In this document: piece by piece, positions 48,101 to 61,454 of the stretch | Layout: each line of letters begins with the position of its first letter | How positions within the stretch are numbered: position 1 is the first letter of the stretch | NCBI RefSeq assembly: GCF_006345805.1 | Contig: NC_042999.1 | Span: 87,048,001 to 87,112,000, forward strand | Direction: 5' to 3' | Length of the DNA: 64,000 nt | DNA from: Octopus sinensis | Lineage: Eukaryota | Made by a program: the position numbers and the translations under genes | Notes under the pieces: generated by a model | Databases searched by the model: none | What the model saw: only the letters and a program-made list of their open reading frames with translations | What the model was told of the DNA's origin: nothing

Positions 48101-51100
48101 TCCTAAATTTATATCATCTTTAAAGATGAAGAGACTGTGATTTGAATGCCAAATAATGATAAAATTTCTAATTCCACTCAACAACATGGTTACAATTAGA
48201 CAGTAACATGTACAGAGGCTACAATGTTTAATAGGCCTCTCATGATCTTACTACACAGCTGCTATCTAGCATTAACTATCCACAGATATAGACTCCTCAT
48301 ATTATAACCTATGAGTATCCATTAAAAGCAGAATAGTAAAGAAAGATGTAGCTAAACACAACTATATAATCGTTGCCAGCATGGAAAACTATACAGACTG
48401 GATTTATCTACTTCTTTAGTTTCAAAGTATTCCATCTGCTGTTTTTCTCAACATATCATCCAATATAAATGACTTATCCTACATAAATATTGGAAAACTT
48501 ATCTCTTAACACTATTTTTCTGATGAACCATAATTGCAAACAGTACAAAGATGATGTCTGGTGTATAAAAGGATTCTAATTATTATTTTAGCTATATACA
48601 GCATGTGTAAAGAAATGAACATAGCCAGCTATGACATTGCAAATATACAACTATGTTACAAAAATATATATTTATTTCATTTACCAAATAGAACAAAATT
48701 GAATAATTAATGACAACTTCCTGAACAAAGAGAAATGCAAATAGTGGATTTAATGCAATTAAAAATAGAGGAAATGTATAGTAGATAATATTAATGACCC
48801 CTTATACCATAAGTTCAAATCCCTCAACAGATTCTACTAAGCTAAAATCTCATGCAATTATCTGCTCAAAACATTTGAATTGTATTAGAAAAATGCCTAA
48901 TTCTTGAAACACTAGCAGAAAACTTCTGGACATGCTCAAAAGGGAAAATAAATGCAATAAAAGAGATCAATGTTAAAATTCCCTTAAAACGTTAAACCTT
49001 CATCCTGAGAAGTACACTACAGTAAAATATATTTACATAGATCATAAGCTACTAGTTTAATATATCCCACCAAAATGAAGTAAAATAGTTTTAACAGAAC
49101 AACAAATATTAGCTTAGTGGAGGGTAAGTGTGTTAGCATGTTATACAAACAGTAAACTGTATCAATTTATGTGGAGAGGTTAAAAATAAAACAGTGAGTA
49201 CAATTTGGGTATGAAGACTAAAGATACTTCTGATAATAGATAATTACCTATTTTTGAAGTGATCTAATTGGTGCTACTAATTACTCAGGGGTATTCCAAA
49301 ACAAGTAGAAAACTTGCAATTTAAGATGAGTAATCTAATAGTATTTTGAAGGATAGACTGGATCTGGACAAGAAATAGTTGGGAAATTAAAAGAATTAGG
49401 TGTGGTTAGTTAAAATAAAAATATCAGGCTTTTTTTTACCTTCTTAAACTTTTATTCAGGAGAGAATGCAGTACCCCTGAGCTGTTAGAGGGCCTCAGAG
49501 ACTGATACAAGGGAAGATTATGTGATTAGAAATAATAATTGACTTAAAAGTAAATGAAAAAACGAATACGATTGATATAGGTTCTCACATATGACAAAGA
49601 TCTTTAAGCGAGATAATTCATGCAATCAGGAAACAAAACCTCCCTCTATGAAGTGTTTACAATCTAAAGCAAAGAGGTGAAGTTTTAGGAAAATAAAATG
49701 ATACAGATTGGGGAAAGTAACAAACATGTCTTAATAGATCACAGTGAAACATTTTACTAGTTGGCTATGTATGTGAGTGTGTGTGTGAAATTAGGAAATG
49801 ATCCAACTATAAATATCAACAAAATAGATGAAATTATCTCCAGGGAACATTCTACATACTAAATATACATATCGTAAGATACCATATGTCTAATACATCT
49901 TACATTGTGTACTACAATGAGTGGAAAACTTCAGCCAACTGAAACTGTTTTCATATACACTTATCTCTTCTAAGTCTTGCCAACTGAATATGCTTCGCTG
50001 AGGAGATTTAATACGACCAAAACATATTCACTGCTCTCACCAATTGGTTTTTGAATACAAAACCCTATTACCACTTCTATCTACCTCATAATTTTAATTT
50101 AACTGAATTTATTGGAGTTACCTCCCTTGTATTCCCCACACACCCAAGATTTTAAACAGCCCAAGAGGAAGTACTGTTGACTGACTGTGTGACTATATAT
50201 ATTTAGTATGCAGAATGTTCCCCTGATGAACTTCTCCGTGGCTATATTGTTGATATATCAAAGTAGGTGTGACGATATAAGTAAACAATATAATCAAAGG
50301 TTGGATGAGTTTGCCAACTGATACAAAGCAAAGCAGTTAGTTATGGTGAAATGGCAGATCACTTCCAAACAGTTGCTCATTACTTTTATGCATTAAGTCT
50401 GCACTATCAGACTAACTGAAATCATTCAATAACACAATGGTAGTAGAAAACAATTTTTTTTTATTTTTGCTTTTTAGATAAGTCAGTCAAAAGTGGAAAG
50501 GGAAGTGCCAATGACCTGTGCAGACCCTCCCAGACAGGTGAGATTGATGCAGCTGATACTCAGCCAAAATGACTACAGGAAAAAGATAAGTAAAGGATAT
50601 CAGTTGGCCTAGTTCAAAATACTAACAAGAATAAATTCTGTAAAAGACATCAAAGGATCAGATAATGGTCTTAAACGTGCTAGCAAAAGACAACTGCCTG
50701 GCCTCAAAATGAGAAATGTCTAAAAGTTTCATTTATAACAATGTTTATTTACATTTATAATTTTGAAATTCTAGAAATGATAGAAGACAATTACAAAATA
50801 GTGATTATAAAATATGAAAGCAAATATATTTGCAACAATCTTTCTCAAGTTAATTAGAAATGAAGTTTATTCCTAAAACCCTAGTAAAAACAAAAGATTT
50901 TTTATGCAAAATTCAATTATACTTATGTGATCAGTGAAGTAGAAAAACAAAAGCCTGATCTATGTGAAGTTTTTCCAAATGTCGGAGTTGTATAGAATTT
51001 ATGATGGAGTCCAAAATAAACTAATATTTACATAAGCTGCAATTTGTTTGTATATAAACAAGGATAAAATAACCAAAGCATCAGTTCATTACATAAAATT

Positions 51101-52195
51101 TTGAAGAGTATTGGTACACACAAGAACATGTGCACCCACTCTCTTCACGGGTTTGGTTCAGTGAGCTTATATAGAGAATATCTCTAAAAAATATAGTACA
51201 TATGAAGGACAAAACATTATGTAATTGGCTAAACAGAGATTTGCAGGAATGCAGAATTGGATAAATTTTTGACGGGGAAATTAGTAAGAAATAGTTTTCA
51301 ATTAGGAACCTTGAAAGAGTGACACAAAATTACATCTTGTTCCTATTAGTGCAAGCTGTTGTATGCTAAATCTTTGTACCTTAATGATAGGCAGTGAATA
51401 AGGTAGCAGAGCCATGACTTGTGGAATTTATCTTTCCATTCAATTACTTTGCACAAATTTGAAATGTCTAATGGAGATAAAATCAGGTGGCAATAAAAGT
51501 TACAGTTTTTGATTTCTTTAATTTACTGCAAATGTTTACTAACTCTACTGAGTGGTAAGAGAAGTACAAAGCCTCCGTTTGGCATTAAATGGGCAGATCT
51601 TTAAAAACAAATCAATTCCATTCTAATCCCGACTATAATAGTATACTTGACTCCTAACATCATAAATTCAAATCATTTAGCTAACAATGTTTCTTAACTG
51701 AGTTTCATTATTCTATATATTGAAAATGACAATACTCCCCTCACAGTTGAATAGTGAGAGAAAGCTACCTTCTAAAATTTCTTGTTCCTACATTTCTGTT
51801 GTTTAACCCTATGACAGCCTTCAACAAACCTATAACTAAAAGCATCCCAGTGGTGGCTGGCTAATCTTTTCACAGGTATCTAAAAATAAAACAGGATCTG
51901 TGGGAAAGATTTTGTTATAGGAAGAGCTGATGTAGTAAACTACGTCTAGTGGAAGAAATACTAAGTAGTTTAATAGTTTCACAGGCACAGTATATAATCG
52001 GTAAATATTTAAAATTCATTTTTATTGTTTTAAGTGCAGGCATGGCTATGTGTAAACAGGGTATTGTTTCCACCTAGTCTAGGGTAAGTATATACTATAC
52101 TCTCAGGCCAACAAAAGCCTTGAGTAGATTTGGTAGACAGAAACTGAAAGAAATGTGTGAGTGAGTTCACATTTCCCTCATCTTCACATATATGA

Positions 52196-55100
52196 ACATC
52201 ATCATTATCATCGTTTAACATCTGTTTTCCATGCTGGTATGGGCTGGATGGCTCAACTGGGGTCTGGGAAGCCAGGATGCTGCACCAGGCCCCAATCTAA
52301 TCTGGCAGTGTTTCTACAGCTGGATGCCCTTCCTAACACCAACCACTCCGAAAGTGTAGTGAGTGCTTTTTATGTGCCACTGGCATAGGGGCCAGAGGAG
52401 CTGGCATTGACCACGATCAGATGGTGCTTTTTACATGCCACCAGCACAAAGGCTAGAGGAGCAGGCATCGACCATGATCTGATGGTGTCTTTTATGTGCC
52501 ACTGGCACAGAAGCTAGTCAAAGCGACACTGGCATTGGCCACGTTCAGATGGTGCTTTTTACGTGCTACCAGCACGGGGCTCACAACTACAATTTCGATT
52601 CGATTTGATTTGATTTTGATATTGCTGTTGATGTACTTAACACAATAGGTCTCCTCAAGCATGGTATGTTGATCTACAATCCAAGGTACTTTTGAGTAGG
52701 CTGGTTATGCGACACTGGTGTAGGTTACAGCTGTGGACTCACTTTATTTGCTGGGTCTTTTCAGTCACAGCATACCTCCTGAGGCCACGGTCTTTCATCC
52801 ATCCACAGTACATGACCATACCAATGCAAATGCCTCTCCTGCACGCCACATCCGATGCTTTTTATGTCTAACATTTCTCTCAGGGCACTTACACTGTCGT
52901 GTGTGCACACTAACTTTACACATCCAGCAGATTATACTGGCTTCATTTCTTTCAAGCCTACACATGTCTTCAACAGTCATGGCCCATGTTTCACTGCCAT
53001 GAAGCATAGCAGTTCCCACACATGCATCATACAATCTACCTTTCACTCTAAGCAAGAGGCCCTTTGTCACCATTAGGGGTAGAAGCTTTCTGAACTTAGT
53101 CCAGGCTATTCTTATTCTAGTGGCAACACTTTCTGATCATCCACTCCCACTACTAACTTGGTCACCTAGGTAGCGGAAGCTATCAACTGCTTCTAGTTTC
53201 CCTGGCATGTGATGGAGTCTGTTTTCTGAGAATCTGTGGTGTTTCTTGCCTCAGTGCATCTGCTGCACATGAAAGCTATCTTCTCGGTTAATCTTCCTTT
53301 GCTGTTGCTGTACCTCCTATGTGTCCATAGCTTACACTGGGTACATCTTATGGAGTTTCTGTCTACACCATTTCTACAGATCAAACAGAACCACCTACCT
53401 GAAGGGGTGTGTGATGTGTTCACCTTCCTACTTACTAGAACTTTGGTCTTTGCAACATTGACTCTAAGGCCCTTCGATTCTAAACCTTGCTTCCACACTT
53501 GAAGTTTCTTCAGTTCTGGTAGTGATTCTGCTATTAGGGCCAGGTCATCAGCATAGAGGAGTTCCCACTGGCAACCTGTCTTGAATTCCTGTTATTGCTT
53601 GGAGAACTATGATGAATAAGAGGGGGCTGATCCTTTGTGGACCCCTACTTCTACCTGGAATTCTTCACTATACTCATTTCCAATCCTAACCCTACTAACG
53701 GCATCTCTGTATAGGGCCTGTACAGCCCTTATTAACCATTCGCCAATCCCCAGTTTTCGCATTGCCCACCAGATAAGGAATTGGGGGACCCTGCCAAAGG
53801 CTTTCTCCAAGTCCACAAAAGCCAAATACAGGGGTTTATCTTTGGCTAGGTATTTCTCCTGCAGTTGCCTTACCAAGAATATAGCATCAGTGGTGCTTCT
53901 ACCTAGCACAAAACTGAACTGCATCTCCTCAAAGCAGACTCTCCCTAATTAGTTGGGCTATGACCCTCTCCGCAACCTTCATCACCTGATCCAGTAGTTA
54001 TTTTTATCTAAAGCATCATTTTTACCTTTGTAGCAGTTGACTACAGTGCTGCTACACCATTCATTGGGTATGACTCCATCGTGAACTACCTGGTTTACAA
54101 TACAGGTGGGTGACTAAGCCATAGCCCACACCACCAGATGTTTTAAGCATCTCAGCAGTGATTCCTAATGGGCCAAGGACTTTTCCTGGCTTCATATCCT
54201 TAATTGCTTCATCTACCAGAGTGCTGTATATTCGGATAGCTGGTCCCTCTACTAGATCAACATTTGGCAGGCTCTCCTCCTCCCATTCATTCTCTATGTT
54301 CAACAGTCTTTCATAATGGCTCCTCCAAGCCTCTTTCTTTTCCAAATCACTAAAAGCAAGTGCACCATCATCCATATGGACACATTTCTCTCCTGTGATA
54401 TCACAATTTTTCCTCACACACTGTCTTGTAAGCCAGAATACTTCAGTTCTTTGGTCCTCACATTGGACATTGGCAAAGTTCTTTTCTGCTTCGGACTTTT
54501 CACTATCTGTAGACTTGGTCTGTGGCACTTAGTAAGCTGTCCTGTAAGAATTTCCAGCTACCTTCTATGTCCAAAGACTGTAGTTCCTCCTCTCTCTCAT
54601 CAAATTTCTTGATGAGGATGTCCCTAAATCTGATCATCTGAAGGGTTCTTTAGACTCCAAATCCTTCTCTTCTGGATTGGTCTGCTTCTTGGCACCCTCC
54701 TGGTCTCGAGTAGAAAGTTACTAATGACTAGTCGATGGTTGGGGGGGGGGGCATACCTCACCTGGGAGGCTCTTTGTATTTAAGAGCAACTCTGCATCCT
54801 GCTGTCTGATGAAGATGAAATCAATCTGGCTAGCAGATTCCCCTGATTGATAGGTTATCAAGTAGCTGTTTGGCTTCCTGAACTTAGAGTTGCAGATTAA
54901 AATGTTACATGCATCACAGAACTCCAGTAACCTAGTTCCCTCATCAGTCTGGGAACCAATACCATGGTCTCCATGAACACCAGTGAAGATACTGGGTTTC
55001 CGTCCAACATGCCCAAATCTCCAGCCACAAAGATGAGGTCATTGACACTCATCTTGAGGTAGACTGTAGAAGGGTAACATAAAAATGTTCCTTCTGATCA

Positions 55101-55985
55101 TTTAGTAGCCCCGTTTGTAGGGCGTAGGCAGAGATAATTGTAGCTGTGCTGTTCTGCAGGACTAGCCTGAGCTTGAGCACTCTATTGCATACCCCGACAA
55201 CCTCTATGACCTTATCCACCTATTTCTCCGCAAGGTGTATGCCTATACCCCCTTACTCCATCCATGTTACCTTGCCAGAAGACTTTATACCTATGTGCCT
55301 TGCCTGTGAGGACCCTAGCTGAAGCTCCTCTCCATCTTACCTCTTGTATGCAGCATACATCAACCTGTCTCCTTTCAAGCATCTCTACAATCTCACTAGA
55401 CCTAACTTTCAGTGTGCCAACTCTGAAAACTGGGAATGTGGGGTGAGGGATTGCAGGTATGATGGAGAGTACCACCAGCAGGGAAAGGGTTCAGACAGAG
55501 AAAGAGAGAGAGGAAACAAGCTCATCCCTACATACAAACAAGCGCACCCACACACAGGGACAAGCATACATGGACAGCCGAATAGCTTTCGGCTTCACTT
55601 GATAAGGCCAAGGAAAATTCCTGGGTAGTTGTTCGCATGTTTCAAGACAGAACGAAAACAAAATGAAAGATAGCCGGTTAAGTAGGTGGATGGGTGGGCA
55701 GCTGGGCTAGTTGCATTTGTCCCAGGAGAGAGAGTGCAGGTAATATACAGATAACAGCCCAGTGAGGAGGAGGGGTTGGGAGAAGAGACATCAGGTAATG
55801 GTGGTGGAAGGAGAGAGTGATATTTGGTGTAGATGGTGGGAAAATAGAGATATCCAGTATTGGTGGTGAGGGCAGGAAAGGGCGGGCACACCGCGAACAA
55901 ATAAGGACAAGTTGTAACAAATGATTTCGCTGAGTGTTGTTTGATTGCAGTCCACCACGGATGTCTGTCCAGGTTTATTAAAATG
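52196..55985 (-). mobile_element. Near full-length (~3.8 kb) RTE-clade LINE with frameshifts and stops: 5' UTR, APE endonuclease, RT, 3' UTR, (GAT)n tail
   Basis: EN: RVGTLKVRSSEIVEMLERRQVDVCCIQEVRWRG. RT: FVLGRSTTDAIFLVRQLQEKYLAK..PLYLAFVDLEKAF, LLYADDL (reverse complement of GTCATCAGCATAGAGGAG), RLYDACV..AMLHGSETW. Tail CATCATCATTATCATCGTTTAAC on the plus strand. Confidence 0.95.
52363..52585. repeat. Tandem ~61-bp repeat (three full units plus a partial) in the RTE 3' UTR
   Basis: Units begin GTGCTTTTTA at about 52363, 52424, 52485 and 52552; each contains a GTGCC-ACY-GGCAC-like mini-hairpin. Confidence 0.85.
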
Positions 55986-57572
55986 TACAATCATTGAAAA
56001 CAAAATGGTTCATACAGTGTTGCTTTCTTACAGTTCTCAGTGTAAACACATCCAGGTCATTTGTTGTTTGATACACTGGGATATTATTTCCTCACTTGGA
56101 AACAAGTGAGGGTTGGCAACAAGAGAGCATCCAACCATAAAAAAATCCAGCTTTAACAAATTCTGACCCATGCAAGCATGGAAAAATAGACTTCAAACCA
56201 ATGACGCTTTTTACTGTTTTACATCCATTTCCTCAAGCATACATGCTAAGGTGAACACCTGCATGTTCCTTCGAGTATCTCAAAAATATAGTAATTAACT
56301 GTTAAACAAAGTTGGAAATTGAAACAATGGCTAAGCCGATTTAAAAAACAGGTAGGTTAATTGAAACTGAAAACCACAAAGTGGCACTGAAAAAGAAAAT
56401 AGCTAACGATTTGCTTTCTCAATACATATATGAAAACATCTAATCCACAGGGCATTTCAACTGCTTTCTCTGTATTTAATGTAGGTCACATTTTTACAGT
56501 TACATGTTATTCCTTTACTAAGAAACTAAGTAAAAACAGAAATAAAGCAATGAAAATTTAGATTCAAATATCAATGTATAATTAAGGGTGCCAATTTCAA
56601 ATCTTAACAAAAATTTTACTATCATATTAGGTTTAGCAGTATGATATAAAAAGATTTCATTTTAATAGGTTTTCAGTTACAAAGCAATGTTAAAACAACT
56701 TAATTCAAATTATAAAACTACTTTAATGAATAGCAAAATGGTTATTAGTATCTTTTATGTCAATGAGTGATTAAGTTATTTATTAACATCAAAATGGTCA
56801 ATATCCTTTTAAGAAGAGAAACTGATCTTCCTTTCAGAAGCTATAAACTCTTCACAGTATGTTTTACATCCAATCGTAAGAAACAAGATTATGTATGATA
56901 TACTTTATTTACCTATATGTTCGATAATAGACAGCTAAATATCTAATAAATTTAGTTAGACTATTGATAAAATACCTTTTGATACAAAATATCTTCAGAT
57001 ATTTTGACAGCACATCATCTGTGTGTAGAAAGCATGTGAAGCAATACATTTTCCCTACATTTCCATCTATAAATTTTGCACAAGAATATGTAATTTTCAA
57101 CATGCAGGCTAAAATATTCAAAGTTATTGAAAAACTTATTTTTAAATTAGAAAATATAGTACAACGATAAAGATGCATTAATATACGTCTAATCTAACAT
57201 TTAGGTTTATACATGTATGAGAAGTTATTAGTGTTGATAAAAAAAAATCATGGCATTTATGTTTTTAAAACAGTTTTTGAGCAGTTTAATCTCCATTTGC
57301 TCTATGCCTGTGCTGGATTGAATTGAGATTTGTACAATTACTTGACAAGAAACCTGCATGGAAAAAAAAAACTGTTCACAAATTCCATCCCAACTTGAAC
57401 AAATGCATCCAAATGTGGAACCTGATAGTGAGCAGATAAATCTTTTGAAACCCATGCTGCTGAAAAATGCCTGGAAAGCAGACGTTAAATAATGATGATA
57501 TGTGTGTGTTTGTGTGTATATATTGCACTGAGCCAATTATTGCATTACAGCATTTCTGACGACAGTGTTTAA

Positions 57573-58122
57573 CACTTTTGATACCAACTCACCTGAAAGC
57601 AGCCTTGGTTTTTATAATATAAGGTTAATGTTTTAACTCTTTAGCATTCAGATTAAATATAATTCTTATTGTTTTGAATTTATCATGCATTATCTTATAG
57701 CTTCAAGATTTAACCCTTTCATTACCAATCCGGCTGAAATCTTAGTCACAATTTATGTTCCTAACACTAGCTGAATGATAACTAAGTTATTTTACTAAAT
57801 TCTTTGTTATATTTAAAGAAACACAGAGAATCTCAAAATAAATACAGTAATGAAAGGGTTAAATGTGATTGTTTATTTTTAGAATCACATTGTAGGATAG
57901 GTGTGAGAGGCTAGATCTGGTCAGTCTGAATATAAAATAGGTAAAATATTTGGGTCAAATTTTGCCGGATTAAATGCTGAAGGGTTAAAGAGATCTAAAA
58001 CCACTAGCCAAAATTCCATGTTAATTTATGTTCCAAACACCAGGTTAATGATAAAATTATTTAACTAAATTCATTATTTTCAAAATTAATTAAAACAAAA
58101 ATAATACATTTTAATAAAAGGG
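57573..58122. mobile_element. Three nested TTAA MITEs (outer 57573-58122, middle 57637-57984, inner 57714-57858)
   Basis: Each layer is bounded by TTAA. The inner element has a perfect 12-bp TIR CCCTTTCATTAC; the middle has CTCTTTAGCATT/AATGCTGAAGGG (family A). Confidence 0.8.
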
Positions 58123-58559
58123 TTAACTCAATGCAAGAAACTTCATGAGAACTGTGGCTAATTTCTAATTATCTATGAAATAATCTTTGTTACATCTAAA
58201 ACCTTATAATTTTTAAATATTTCATTTACATATGATATTCATTTGCTGAATCAATAGCAAGATATTCATTCCTCTCTAGCATTCAAACAGCCTACATCAA
58301 ACCTGCACTGTCTTCAAATTCATTCTTCAATGAGTAAGGATATGAAAATGCCTCTTAAGAACACAAAGTCACTTACTGCATATAAAGAAACATGAAACTA
58401 ATTCTATTCTTTTGAATAAAACCAGATTAAAACCCCAAAGGCCACTACAAATGCTATGCTTCAATCTCATATTCATTACATCAAAAACTGCAGCCAAAAG
58501 ACAAGCCTTCCTTTTTAGAAGCAGGAAATATTTGATGAGCCATTGATTCTCTATAATCA

Positions 58560-58975
58560 TCAAGAAGAACAATGGAACACTGCTCCCACATCTGGGATGG
58601 TACTGCAGCTAAACACATACACATTACTAACATACTAGATACCAAAAGAAAGCCAACTCATTCATCAACATACTTCACACTGTAGCTACATTCAAGTTGT
58701 CATCTCTCCCTACTTTATCACTACTGGAGCAGTTTATGATCCTTAAAACTAGCTAGTTGTATACCATCTCCACTCCAATATAACCATCTCTCCTCTTGTC
58801 ACCTACAATTTCTCCTTCCCCAGGAAATGCATTAACCACTAAGCAGAAATCTTTCATTCACAGAATGCTAACCTGATGGAAAGTCTCTTCATCCACCACT
58901 TGTTCCCTGCAGATGTCAACAATTTCAAACTAAACACTGATTGCAAGAACAACATCAGTCTCAGAGGAGCCACAA
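58560..58975 (+). mobile_element. Decayed CR1-like LINE 3' fragment
   Basis: MEHCSHIWDG (compare CR1 MEYCSHIWGG) followed by a degenerate LP...FP...FK C-terminal region. Confidence 0.6.
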
Positions 58976-59228
58976 ATACCATTAGTGCTACCCATTCTTC
59001 ATTAAACCATAACAAAAATTGGTGGCAATACTATTTTCACGTGTTACGTTTAACATTTCAAAATATTTAAATTTCAGAAAGCAAAATTTTTATTTACTTA
59101 ATCATGAAAATGTAGATGTTTGAAAGAGTTATGCTAAATTACAAATACTTTGTTAGCAAACAAACTGCTAACATTATTTGCAATACCCAACACTCAATAA
59201 AAAGATGGTACATATCTATTCTTATAAA

Positions 59229-59456
59229 AGGCGGTGAGCTGGCAAAAACGTTAGCACACCGGGCAAAATGCGTAGCCGTATTTCGTCTGCTGTTACATTC
59301 TGAGTTCAAATTCCGCCGAGGTCGACTTTGCCTTTCATCCTTTCGGGGTTGATTAAATAAGTACCAGTTACGCACTGAAGTCGATGTATTCGACTTAATC
59401 CATTTATCCTTGTTTGTCCCCTCTGTGTTTAGCCCCTTGTGGGTAGTAAAGAAATA
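59229..59456 (+). mobile_element. Young tRNA-derived SINE with 22-bp TSD
   Basis: TSD GGTACATATCTATTCTTATAAA at 59207-59228 and 59457-59478; closely similar to 29257-29488 with the same tail. Confidence 0.93.
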
Positions 59457-59479
59457 GGTACATATCTATTCTTATAAAT

Positions 59480-59621
59480 ATGAGTGTAAGTATGGTTGTG
59501 AAATTAAGAACTTGGCTTGCATCAACATACCACTGCAAGATGATCTGAACAAGTGTACAAGCATTGAATTGAACAATATATTACAAATGCTTTCTGGTAG
59601 ACAGAAACTGTGTAGAAACCC

Positions 59622-59658
<37 letters not shown>

Positions 59659-60110
59659 ACAAATACGCATAATGTACACCTGTATACAAGCACTGGCAAA
59701 GCTGTATGGTTCAAAGGTTTGCATCTCAACCACATGATTTCAGGTTCAGTCGCACAGTGGAACAAAAGTGTCTTCTACTATAGTCCAATGTCTTGCAAGG
59801 GAATGTCAGAGACAGAAACTGGAGGAAGCCCACTGTGCACATAAGTACATGTGCTTATGTTTGCAAAAATCAGTTATGGTTACTGATAATGACATCACCA
59901 CTCGTAGTAGGCCTACAACTGGTAACATTCATTGACATTTCCAGCCAACAAATCACCTGCTAACTCAGCACTTTCAAATTCCTCCTGAATTAGAAAAAGA
60001 AAATCCTTTGCATGAGGAACATGTAAGAGTTGGCAGCAAGAAGAATATCCATCTATAAAAATCCTGCTTTAACTTCCTCCATAGAACAATGACCATTAAA
60101 TGAATGGTGT
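59480..60110 (+). mobile_element. Two tandem decayed CORE-like SINE heads followed by an RTE-type tail
   Basis: GGTAGACAGAAACTG twice, (TA)n(CA)n at 59620-59660, CAGGTTCAGTC B-box-like motif. Confidence 0.6.
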
Positions 60111-61454
60111 GTGTATGTGTGTGTGCACACGTGCCTATACATTAACTGACCAGAGAAACAATTTCAATAAACATTTATATCTTCAGTAAGCCAAAATGGC
60201 TAAAGATGCATTTATTTCTTCTGGGAACTACGTGGTTTTAGCCAATTTTGTTTCAGCTGACCAAATTTCATTTAAACCCTATCCCCACTGGTAGGTACTT
60301 TTACTTTTGTTCAAAACTAGAAATACGTACACATAGACAACACAGTGGAAGCTGCTTATGACAATCAGACATGATCAATTGCATTGTTACTGAAAAGGTT
60401 TCGTTTCAAAGTAATCATAATAAGCTGTTTCCATTGTGCACATTTATATTAGTACTGACAGGACAAAAATCAGTACACAAGGTCAAGATAACTTCTTTAT
60501 GTTAATGCCCACTTTATTTTTCTGTATATTACAAGACATGAAATGAGTATGAGACTAAATATGGAAGGATAGGGTGATATAATCAACTAAAACCTTTCAA
60601 AAACAGTTCTCCAACAATCACCACAATTTACAATCAAGAGTATATTTGAAGCTTGAACAGATTTCTTTAGGATATAAAACTAGATGGTGGTGCAGCATAA
60701 CTAAATATTTGAAAAAAGTGTATATGATGTACTTTGTTCAGAATTGGCATAGAAAAATATACAAGTTTATCCCAATGTAATGGTTAGTGATGCTATCCAT
60801 TGCTAATCTAACCTGATGACTAGTGGTTATCATTCAAAATCAACTGGTTCTGAATGCCTGAGTGATGAGTTTAACAATGGAATAGGCTGTTACAGTTCGT
60901 ACTCAGAAACTGAATCTAAATACAAGGAAAGGTAGGACAATGATTGGAGAAAGGACTTTTTTAAATCTACAGAAGATAAAAACAGAACTGCAAGCTAAAG
61001 AAGCATTTGTCAACGAGCACTGAGTAGTTACTTGGTAGCACCACCTGTTTTCAACTTGAATCAGTTCTTTTTGAAAGTGAACTGGCCTTGAATATGATAC
61101 AGTGCTCTCCGATCAGCTATCTCCATTATTCAGGTATTTTAATTTTATCGCTGCACCAAATTATTTTCTTCATAGTTTTTAGGGTCCATGAACCACACAC
61201 CAAAAAGATGTTACTAGGAAACCTGTGCAATCAATAATAGGTGGCAGCAATGATAAAATTCAACATAAAGCACTTGACCAGGTAGATGTAGTCGAAAAGT
61301 ATGAAATACACACAGCTTTTCAGTGCAGGCAGGGTATAATCCTCAATTCTATATCAGAAACTATGTCTTTTTTTTTTTTAATAATCTAATTTGTGTATCT
61401 AACCAATTGAAAACTAGGTCATCTACTTCAATGGCTGTGTTAACATAAGAGATG

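Larger units (their letters stand above)
52030..56205 (+). mobile_element. RTE-tailed SINE split by the long RTE insertion (head ~52030-52190, remainder ~55990-56205)
   Basis: The two pieces are collinear with the intact copy at 43910-44300. Confidence 0.55.

Noticed and set aside
60813-60913. Possible C/D-box snoRNA (GTGATGA 60862-60868, CTGA 60910-60913)
   Set aside because: The box spacing is short, there is no terminal stem, and it is antisense to the inferred host transcript.
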